Shown here one piece after another: positions 53,443-64,000 of a DNA stretch of 64,000 nucleotides. The first letter of the stretch is position 1, and the number at the start of each line of letters is the position of its first letter. Made by a program: the position numbers and the translations under genes. This DNA comes from Octopus vulgaris. Lineage: Eukaryota. The DNA lies in the NCBI GenBank assembly GCA_951406725.2, contig OX597819.1, positions 25,234,001 through 25,298,000 on the forward strand, written 5' to 3'. The notes below the pieces were generated by a model that worked only from the letters and a program-made list of their open reading frames with translations, had not been told where the DNA came from and searched no databases.

Positions 53443-56400
53443 TAAGCCGACTACGGCTGCTATAATGGTACGATTATAATTGTAACGGCAATGATGGCCG
53501 TCTCCCCACGAGCCAATCAAAGCTAAAAAATGATAACATTATCGTAGCACCAAAATGTTTTTGGAAACTAAAAGGAAAACTAAATCAGTATACCAAATCG
53601 CTTGTCCTATGGTTAATCTGGAAGCGCGTCCTCCAGGGAAGAGCCAGCCTGGGATCGAAAAGTCATCAACTGGCACAAACTCTTCTCCGAATACGGACAT
53701 GGATGGTCACTTGAACGGGAAATCCCCCAAATCGAGCCCTCCAAGTTCACCACCACAACCACCACAGAAAGAAAAATGTAAGCGGAACAAATGGACCCGA
53801 GAAGAGTATAAAGAAGTAATATACGCTTATTACTATGCATTAGGTAGGCCATCTCAAGAGAGACACACCGCAAACTCTTACAGTATATGGAGAACACGGA
53901 ATCAAGACAGTAGGCCCTATTTGGACGAGAACAAATTAGCAAATGTGAGGAGGGATATCTTTAGAAATAACAGACTCACAGACAGTGAAATAAGCGCGAT
54001 CAAGCACGCAACGGAAAATGACATAAATATAAGACACAAAGGAAATGAAGAAGCAAATGAACAGTATAGCCCACCACGAGGCTTAATTGAAAGACTGCCA
54101 TCTGACCAAAGTACGCAAAGGCCTGAAGATACAAGAAATTCTATTGTACCTGTTAAAGATAGCCAGGAAAACGAAAGAACAACAGTAACTGAAGATCTCG
54201 CATTTGCTGAAGAACACAGAGAGTCTATAGCAGAAATGAGGCAGAAAATCCTGAATACGCTTGAAGTTGTAAGACATACAAGTATGAATGATAGAGAACC
54301 GCTTCATAAACTCTCAAATACAAACCAAAATAAAAAACAAATCCAAATTGGCAACTATGTAACAAATGAAATAATACGAGAATTAAAACCTGATTTTACT
54401 GAGTTAAATGAAATTATTTACGCTTCTGCTAGGGCAATTGAAACCAGCTGTATGCCCCCGAAAAAACAAAGAAAACAAAACCTGGGAAGAAATCAAACTT
54501 GGAGAAGTAAAATTGAAAAAGAGATTGAATTTATGAGAGGGGAAATATCAATATTAAATGAACTAATATGTGGAAATGATGTAAGATCCAGAACAGGAAG
54601 AAAGATGAAGAGAAAATTTGGATCCTCACCAAGAGAAGAACTGATATCAATAAAAGAAACGCTGAAACAAAAAGTCCAAGCAAAAGCCCAAAGAATACGA
54701 AGATTTGAGAAGAGAAACAAGTTTTACAAGCAAAATAAGCTGTTCACATCCAATGCCAAAAAATTCTACAGAGAAATAGGGAAGGAGAAAGTAACCGTTA
54801 AAGACCCCCCTCCCATGGAAGAAGTTCAAAACTTTTGGAAAAGGATTCGGAGTGACAAGAAGACGTACAACATAAATGCAGACTGGATTATACAAACTGA
54901 AGGATCCTACCAAAATTTATAACAACAAGCATGGGAAGACATCACAATAGCAGACCTAAGAAAGGCACTCACGAAGGCCCATAATTGGAAATCCCCGGTA
55001 AAGATAGGGTGCCGAATTTCTGGCTCGCATCGCTCCCGTGCGCACACGGTAAGCTAGTTCAGCTGCTCAATGGAATTATGAGAGACCCAAAGAAAACACC
55101 TGAATGGTTAGCAAGTGGCATTACTTACCTACTCCCAAAGAATAACGAAACCAACCTTCCAAAAAACTATCGGCCTATAACCTGTCTATCCACCACGTAT
55201 AAAATCCTAACATCTATCCTGGCGGAGAAAACATATGCATTCATGGAGAAGAACGATATTTTCCCCATTGAACAAAAAGGGTGCCGCCGAGGCTCTTACG
55301 GATGCAAAGATCAACTGCTAATCAATCGTATGATCCTTGAGAACTGTCACAACAAGCGCAGAAATCTCAGCACCGCATGGATTGACTATAAAAAGGCCTT
55401 CGACAGTATACCGCATCCATGGATCTTGAGATCGCTGGACATCTTCAAAATTTCCCCTGTGATTTCAAACTTCCTGAAGCACAATATGTCGTTGTGGAAT
55501 ACGAATCTCCAATTATACCAATCTAATGGAGTACTTGCCTCAGAAAATATAAACATCAACTCTGGAATTTTTCAAGGTGACTCAATTTCACCTTTAATAT
55601 TCTGCATAGCCCTAATACCCCTTACAAGTGAATTAAACAGAACAGGGTATGGGTATAAAATTGCCAATAAAAAAATAAGCCATCTATTTTATATGGATGA
55701 CTTAAAACTTTATGGTAAAGACAATAATGAACTTGAAGGCCTATTGCGCACCGTGAAATCATTCAGCGATGACATCGGGATGGAGTTTGGACTTGAGAAG
55801 TGTGCCAAGGCCACTTTCCAGAAAGGGAAAGTGAAGACCACAAATTCAGTCGTGTTAGATGTTGACACAGTCATAAGAGAGCTTGAGCAAGAACAAACAT
55901 ACAAATATTTAGGGATAAATGAAGGCTCTGGTATTCAGCATGCAAGCATGAAAGAGAAAATCAGGAAGGAATGTTATAGGAGAGTTCGTGCAGTCCTGAA
56001 ATCTGAACTAAATGCACGTAACAAGGTGTTAGCTATAAATTCCCTAGCAGTTCCAGTTGTTACTTATAGCTACAATGTGTTGAACTGGAATATGAGTGAA
56101 GTAAAGAATATAGATAGAAAAATACGCAAGCTGCTGAGTTGTAATAGGATGCACCACCCAAAGGCAGACGTAGATCGCCTTTACCTTCCCAGAGCCCAAG
56201 GAGGTCGAGGCCTGATCCAATTTGAACTAGCTTACAAAACAACCACAATTGGACTGGCCAAATATCTCGAAATATCGAATGACTGGATGCTAAAGCTCGT
56301 GGAAAATCACGAGAGGCGAAAGAAGCTTCATTCTATCATCAAGGAAAGCAAAAAATTTGCTATTGATCTCGTGCAGGATACCCAAACTGAACAACCCGAG

Positions 56401-57419
56401 GGAAGTACGGCAACTATTGCTGCAAAGAAGGTGAAAATGATGGCAATGAAAAAAGCGCACGAGCAATTGGCTGATAGGTGGGAGGAGAAACCTCTGCACG
56501 GCAAATATGTGACCCGCAGCAAACAAGCTGATGTTGACCAGAAGCAAACCCATCAGTGGCTGCGGAGCTCAGGGCTAAAAGCAGAGAGCGAAGGTTTCAT
56601 CCTGGCTGCTCAAGACCAAAGCCTATCAACCCGGAACTACCAGGCCAATGTGATGAAAAATGGAGCAGACCCAAAATGCCGATTCTGCAACGACATGATT
56701 GAAACAGTGGACCACCTTATCTCTGGATGTAAAGTCTTAGCACCAGTGGAGTATAAATTAAGACATGACAGAGTTGGCCAATATCTCCACTGGCTAATAA
56801 GTCGGCATTACAATATCAAAACTGCCGACAAGTGGTATAATCACCACCCTGAGGCTGTAACTGAAGGAGAAAATGTAACCATTCTGTGGGACTTTCCAGT
56901 ACATACAGACCGAACCATCAAGGCCAATAAACGAGATATTGTTGTGAAAGACCAAAACAATAAAGTTTGCTTATTGATCGACATGAGCATCCCCTGTGAT
57001 CATAATATCTCAGGGAAAGAGTTTGACAAGCTCAGAAAATATAAAGACCTACTCATTGAAATTGAGAAAATGTGGCATCTCAAGGCGGTTACAATACCAG
57101 TGATCGTAGGAGCACTAGGAATGATCAAGAATGGAACCGAAAATTATATGAGAATGATCCCTGGCTTACCATCCCTGCAAGAAGTGCAAAAGATTGTCTT
57201 AACTGGTACATCACACGTATTGAGAAGAGCGTTGTCGATGTGAGAACTGTTGCTGCTCATGCATTTTAATTTAACTTAAAAAAAAAATAAAAAAAAATGA
57301 ACGAACTACTGAGTTTGGTTTAATGGCCTACCAATATACACTATGAGTTTCTTTGCCCCAGGAGTCGGGAAGACACTCGGCAAGAAATGGAAGAAAATTT
57401 GAAAGAAGAAAAAAAAAAG
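53443..57419 (+). mobile_element. Near full-length R4/Dong-clade RLE non-LTR retrotransposon inserted in (TAA)n
   Basis: Single long RT plus RLE frame, UTRs on both sides, flanked by (AAT)n. Dong-type elements are known to target TAA repeats. Confidence 0.9.
53555..57243 (+). pseudogene. RT / restriction-like endonuclease polyprotein with one in-frame stop and one frameshift
   Basis: RNKWTREE, NYRPITCL, DYKKAFDS, GIFQGDSISP, YMDD, YKYLG, CRFC..ETVDHLISGC, RHD, NKRDIV..LIDMSIP, KY.DL. TAA at 54920-22 and a 1-nt deletion at about 54993-96. Confidence 0.9.
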
Positions 57420-57442
57420 TAATAATAATAATAATAATAATA

Positions 57443-57732
57443 ATAGAGGTAACTAGAATGTGGAATCTGAAAACAGAAACAATTCCTATCATAGTAGGTG
57501 CATTAGGCATGATAAAAAATATTCAGACAAATACATAACAAAAACACCAGGACTTACAAACACATATAACATACAGAAAATTGCACTACTAGGCACTGCA
57601 CACATCCTACGCAGAACACTTTCCATACAATAACCATCAGAGCATCACAACAAATCACAGCACATACCCAAGGCACACAGAGCTGTGCTCGGTAGTGAAG
57701 TGAAAGCACGCTATAAAAATAAAACTACTGAG
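57443..57732 (+). mobile_element. 5'-truncated copy of a second R4/Dong-type family
   Basis: IEVTRMWNLKTETIPIIVGALG.../...IQKIALLGTAHILRRTLSIQ* with a different 3' UTR; flanked by (TAA)n. Confidence 0.85.
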
Positions 57733-57756
57733 TAATAATAATAATAATAATAACAA

Positions 57757-58215
57757 TGATACCAGACTAGCTCACATGGCTGCTGATCTTAACTGATTGG
57801 AAATGTTATCATGTACATTGTTTTGTTTTGGTATAAAAGAGGGCCTACAGCAAATATTCCGCTCAATACCTCAGGTTTGCATGTCAGTTGTTTGACCGTA
57901 ACCAGTTGAGCATGTCCCTTAGTGGCTGACGATATGTGCATCTCTGATCACGAGCAGAAGTAGTGGGGGAGCATCATAGCTGTGTGTTGAAAGGAATTCT
58001 TAGAGGTTTGGATAATTCACCTTTGTAAACATGGGTGGTTCGTTCAACATCCTTGAACAATCCTTATCTTGATATGAGATCACCATATCGCGCACATATG
58101 GTTGTGATGCATGTGCCTAGAGTACCCTTATCAGACGGGTAGTTATGATGTGTATACTAGGCTTCGTATATTTTACCCCAGTGTCAATTTGATGGCATGC
58201 GCTGCTCTCTCACTC
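57757..58215. mobile_element. Unclassified (TAA)n-embedded element, copy 1 (internally deleted)
   Basis: High similarity to 58330-58888; same right end GCTCTCTCACTC|AATAAT. Confidence 0.75.
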
Positions 58216-58247
<32 letters not shown>

Positions 58248-58329
58248 TAATAATAATGGTAATAATAATGATAATAATAATAATAATGATAATAATAATA
58301 ATAATGATGATAATAATAATAATAATAAT

Positions 58330-58888
58330 ATGCCCTGATGCAGTACCAGGCAGTGGCTCTCATGGCTTCTGATCTTAACTGATTGGAAGTGTTATCATGT
58401 ACATTGTTTTGTCTTGGTATAAAAGATTGGCTACAGCAAATATTCTGCTCAATACCACAGATTTGCTTGTCAGTTGTTTGACCTTAACCAGTTGAGCATG
58501 TCCCTTAGTGGCTGACGATATGTGCATCTCTGATCACGAGCAGAAGTAGTGGGGGAGCATCATAGCCATGTGTTGTTGAGAGGGATGCTTTGGGGTTTGA
58601 ATAGTTCACCTCTGGAAACATGGGTGGTTCTTTCAACATCCTTAAACAACCCTTATTCGGGGACCGTTTGAGCGGGATGGGCTACTCAACCTGAAGAAAA
58701 TTCAAACTGGGCCCCACCTGCAAGGTCATGTGCTGTTTATCTTGATATGAGATCACCATGTCGCGCACATATGGTTGTGATGCATGTGCCTGGTGTACCT
58801 TTATCAGACGGGTAGTCATGATGGGTATATTGGGCTTCGTATATTTTACCCCAGTGTCACTTTGATGGCATGAACTGCTCTCTCACTC
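58330..58888. mobile_element. Unclassified (TAA)n-embedded element, copy 2 (about 560 bp)
   Basis: No long ORF or TIR; bounded by AAT repeats on both sides. Confidence 0.75.
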
Positions 58889-58958
<70 letters not shown>

Positions 58959-59005
58959 TACCAAGTTACACTTTTGAAATAGCATAAGATATTTGTGTGT
59001 CTTTG

Positions 59006-59118
<113 letters not shown>

Positions 59119-59499
59119 GCACATGGCTGAAGTGCATAAAAGAATAAAAGACACACACACACATATATATATGTTTCTTTCATTCACTGATGTAATCTTC
59201 GTAATTATTATGCATTCAATTATTAGAAATTGTTTTTGGGCTGTCATTTGGAATATCGATAAACACCAGCTGCTGCTGCTGCTGCTTCCCTCATTGCTGC
59301 TGCTAGTGCTGCGGTTGTTTCTGCAGTTGCTGCCGTTGTGTTCTACGTGACAAAAATTAAAGAAAGAACAAAAAAAAAAAACAAAAAAAAGAAAAGAAAT
59401 CCAACTCTGATGACATTTCTGTTTATTGATTTCTGGTGTATAATATCAACCAGAGCAACCTCTGAAATAGCAAAATAGGAATGGTTACTGGGTTACAAG

Positions 59500-59896
59500 G
59501 GTTATCATCATCATCCTCATCCTCCTCATCATCATCATTATAGTAGACGCAGTCGTCGTCGTCGTTGTCGTCGTTATCACCCTCTTCATCACAGTCCTTG
59601 TCATCATCGTCTCATCAATATCATTGAAATCATCATCGTCATCATCATCATTGTCGTACATTTTCTTTCTCCCACTCCCCCTCCTCCTCCTCCTCCTCAT
59701 GATCATCACCGCGACTAGCATTGTTGTCGTCGTTGTCCTAATCATCGCCATCGCCGTCGCCGCAGCCGCCACACCCACTACCACCACCACCACTACCATC
59801 ACCACCACCACTTTCTTCTTCTTCTTCTTCTTCTTCTTCTTCTTCTCCATCATCATCATCATCATCTTCATCATCACCATCACCATCATCACCACC

Positions 59897-59962
<66 letters not shown>

Positions 59963-60750
59963 GTCATCATTATCATCATCTCCTGCTGCAGCATCGGTAC
60001 TTGCAGCAAGTTCAGCAGCCCGTCGTCGTCGTCCTTGTTATAATCATCACCATTGTCTTTATAATTGTTACAAATTCCAAAGTGTGCAACTACCACCCTT
60101 ACGATGCGCCATCCCCCACCATTACCACCACCACCACCACCACCACCATCACCACCATCACCACCACCGCCGTCAAAAGCTGTAGTACTACGATGGTCCC
60201 AAACACACTAGCAACAACATCAATCCTCATTCTCATCCTCATTCATTCCAGTTTTGGTTACTGACGTTTCGGTATCACGTTTGACATCACAGAGAAACTT
60301 GATCCCTCTCTCTTCATCCCACTTTCTCCCCCTATTCTCCCCCCTCTCTCTCTCTCACACATGCTCATACACATTATTTCATACATGCACGCAAGGAACG
60401 CACCCATTCTTCTGTCTCTTTCTCGCTCTAACATACATAAAGTTTTGTTTTGTATGTGATTGTTCCAATCATTCTTACGTACGCACACCCATCTCTCATC
60501 GATCGATTCCTCCATCCATCTACCCATCCATCCACCCATCCATCCATCCATCCATCCATCCATCCATCTACCCATCCATCCATCCATCCATCCATCCATC
60601 CATCCATACATACATACATCCATCCATCCAGTCAGCCAGCCAGTCAGCCAGTCAGCCATCAACCCATCCATCCATCCATCTACTCATCTATACATCCATC
60701 CCTCCCTTCATCCCTCCCTCCCTCCCTCTCTCCCCCATCCATCCACCCAA
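59500..60750. repeat. Compound trinucleotide (CAT/CAC/CTT) and (CCAT)n microsatellites
   Basis: Seen directly. Confidence 0.9.
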
Positions 60751-60829
60751 AGATCCATCCATTACACAATGGCATACATCCGCTCCTGTTGTTCAGAGTA
60801 AAGGTTGGCATCGATGGTTCGAGCCTCCA

Positions 60830-61234
60830 GAATGAACTCGTAGAGAATGATACCCATCATAATGCCACAAGAGACGTAGAACATCACCTCTTGTTCGAAA
60901 CATCCACGTTTGGTGGACAGTTTCCGAAAGCTGGACATTCCTTCACCACTGTTTATTCACGTTAGGATTGTGGAAAAAAATATCTCTATCGGATTATTAC
61001 ATGTTCCGATCCATGGATCATTTCCTACGCTTGCGAGGCTTCATCAACCAAGAGGACGTGGAAGATTCAGCGAAGGAGTCCTTCACCTCGAATGACAGCA
61101 ACTGGTATCAGAATGAGATCAAAGATCTGGCAGAAAGGTAACTTCAGACGGTGCAGCATGAAGGCCTCTACTTCGAAGCTAGGCTAAAGCAAATAAGTTA
61201 CCAAAATATTACAAAACTTTTGTGTCAGCACAAT
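60830..61234 (+). mobile_element. Mariner transposase C-terminal remnant
   Basis: HHNA.. and WYQNEIKDLAER*LQTVQHEGLYFE resemble the mariner C-terminus; TIR-like AAAACTTTTGTGTCAGCACAATA. Confidence 0.6.
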
Positions 61235-61740
61235 ATTAATTATTACTGCAATAAGGAACAATAATCCTTTAATGAAAGATAATAGATAGCTGAGAATATC
61301 GATACACACACATAAACATACAAACACACAGACATACACACATACGCACACACATACATTCCCCCTTCCCCTTCCCCTCCTCTTCTCCCCTCTTCTCCCC
61401 TTTCTTTCTCCCCCCTCCCCTTACCCCCCTCTTCCCTCATCTCCTCTCTCTACACTACACCATACGACTTTACACATCACATCATATATACATACACACG
61501 TCCAGACCTCTCATACGCACTAATACTCTCTCATACACACACACACACTCTTCTCATACACACACACACACACTCTTATGTTGGAGCGAGGTCATTCAAC
61601 CCTATTATCTCCCCTAATTTCACTCTTGCGTCTCATGTTTGATCTTTGACTTCTGGCCGAAATCAGATCGCCATGTTGATTCGCTAGCCTCTGCACGCAT
61701 ATTTTTTTCTCTCCTTCTTTCTGTGTTTTTTCTCTGTGTA

Positions 61741-61778
61741 TCTTTCTGTTGAAGAGCGTAGGCTCGAAACGTTAAAGA
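61741..61778 (+). ncRNA. Minimal hammerhead-like motif with a core variant, in a Penelope-like repeat (about 61580-61905)
   Basis: TCTTT-CTGTTGA-A-GAGC(GTAG)GCTC-GAAAC-GTT-AAAGA. Confidence 0.6.
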
Positions 61779-62778
61779 CTTGTTTTATTTATATTTCCTG
61801 AGCGCCATACGAATACACTTGTTTGTTTGTATTCCAACTGCCTTCGTCTTTTGTTTATTTCCGTAAACCTGCCTTCGTCTTTTGTCTATTTTCATAAAGC
61901 TTCCCACATACATATACTTTTGTCTGACACAGGGACAAAAGTAAAGCTACTAAGGTGGCCACACTACATATAATAAAGTGGAAAATAGTCGAAAAGGCAT
62001 CCACACCATATGTTTATGGATAAAAAAAATGTAAGCTATGCATCACTGAACGAACTCAAATCCCCTAACTCTAACTCTGCTGTATTCTAGAGCCGAAATT
62101 TTCAGCGGTTGTAAGCATATGGCAAAGTTCTTGATGGTGAATTGGAAAGTACCTCCCTCTCCGGATTGACTAATAGACTCTAAGGCACTATTCTTTCAGC
62201 CTTATATTTCACGATATAAGGAGGAAATAACTCTAATTCTTCCCTTTTGATTCTTTCTTATTTGCTTTTCGTTTTCCGGTTTTTCAACCTTCCACCTTTC
62301 ATATCTACTTCTTTCACGCCTTTTCTTGCTGTTTCTCTCATCCTATTCTATTTTTAGATCGTCATACTATGTGGGCAGAGTCGGATTATTGTGTTAGGAC
62401 GCCAGCCGTGATAAAAAAAAACAATGGTATGCTCTCAAAACATGAAACTAATGGTAGCACATAAAATCATGTATTGCATTTATTTAATTATATATATATA
62501 TATATGCATACACATATATATATATATACACATACATAAATATATATATATATATACATATATACATAAATATATATATACATATATATATATACATACA
62601 TACATACATACATACATACATACATACATACATACATGCATACATACATACATACATACATATATACATAAATACATACATGCATATATATATATCTAAT
62701 GAGGATAAAATTTCTTTCGAAAAAAATTTTATCAATGGCCAGCATATCAAAAAATACCATTAAAGGTTAAATTTATAA

Positions 62779-62971
62779 ATAATTCATAAATGAGGGCAAA
62801 GGAAAAAATTTCTAATGCCAAATATGCCGAAAAATTGGACATATTGTCCATTAACCATATTGTCCATTAACCATATTGCGTTTTGTGAAAAAATTATATG
62901 GTTAATGGACAATATGTCCAATTTTTCGGCATATTTGGCATTAGAAATTTTTTCCTTTGCCCTCATTTATG

Positions 62972-62977
<6 letters not shown>
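62779..62977. repeat. Perfect fold-back (about 82-bp arms) next to (TA)n
   Basis: ATAATTCATAAATGAGGGC...AACCATAT / ATATGGTT...GCCCTCATTTATGAATTAT. Confidence 0.9.
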
Positions 62978-63030
<53 letters not shown>

Positions 63031-63293
63031 CCTAGCAGGCAATAAAGGTAAGGAATTTTCAGAGAAGCACGCAACCCAAGTGTTCTGTTCTATCAACGCT
63101 GTCGGATTCCAAACTAATACCGAAATTCTTTAGGTGTAGAAAATACTCGTTTCACAGCGGTAAAACCGTTATGTGGGTGTAATTCAAGTAACAAGACAAA
63201 GAAATACTTTAACACATCTTTAATGATCAGTAAAGATGTGTTAAAGTATTTTCCTTGTCTTATTACTGGGATTATATACATACATACATAAAT

Positions 63294-63358
<65 letters not shown>

Positions 63359-64000
63359 TGTGTGTGTATGTGTGAGTGTGTATGTATGTGTATATATTTC
63401 TGTGTACATATGTGTGTATGTCATCATACATAAACCACACCCGGTGATAGAACCATGTTATTGGAAATTTGCAAAACATTTTTCTGTTCTGCAATCACTG
63501 CTTTTCACATGTTTGTGAATTTATAGTTCTACTACTGGGCTATTCAAAACATTTCCCATAGAATATTTTATACGTATCTTTCACAGAAACACTTCTATGC
63601 AAAATGTACTTTATCGATAAAGTTTGATTCATTGAAATTTGTTTGAATTTTTTCTATCTCCCCTTCTTGTTTGGAATTGATAGCAATTGCCACAAGACAT
63701 TTGCTTATGTTTTTTTTTTCTCTCGAAAAGAAGATAATTAAAAATTTATCTTTTATGGTAGTTGATGTTTTTCATTCGTTTTATTGTTCATATCAATGCC
63801 ACAAGCCACTCTGAGTGATTACTTTTTCAGTTCAATTTGATTTAAATCAAACAAATTACCTTAGGCCATAAGTGACATATACTTTGTATATGTTTAAATA
63901 TCACATCTACAGGTTCCAAGGTACGAATGTACTAATCTCTCCAACTGAAACATAAACAGGTGTCCACGGCTACCCAATTGCTTCCAGACAGTCATCATCA

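Overview
AT-rich, microsatellite-saturated animal genomic DNA. The SINE families and repeat landscape suggest a coleoid cephalopod such as Octopus (inference). The only host gene visible is the 3' end of a semaphorin-5-like gene on + (two TSP1 exons plus a TM/cytoplasmic last exon, 8588-19775). The rest is mostly mobile DNA: a near-complete R4/Dong-type RLE non-LTR retrotransposon in a (TAA)n field, Tx1/L1-clade remnants, Helitrons, Tc1/mariner and piggyBac-type elements, MITEs, about 25 SINE copies of three families and a 7SL RNA-derived copy. The most interesting signal is a set of minimal type I hammerhead ribozyme motifs of the Penelope/retrozyme type, from several families. Three elements carry them as back-to-back inverted pairs, one per strand, next to (TA)n microsatellites, and several lie in the semaphorin introns. 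Most listed ORFs are microsatellite artefacts. All RNA structures were folded by eye, and TE boundaries are approximate unless termini are quoted.
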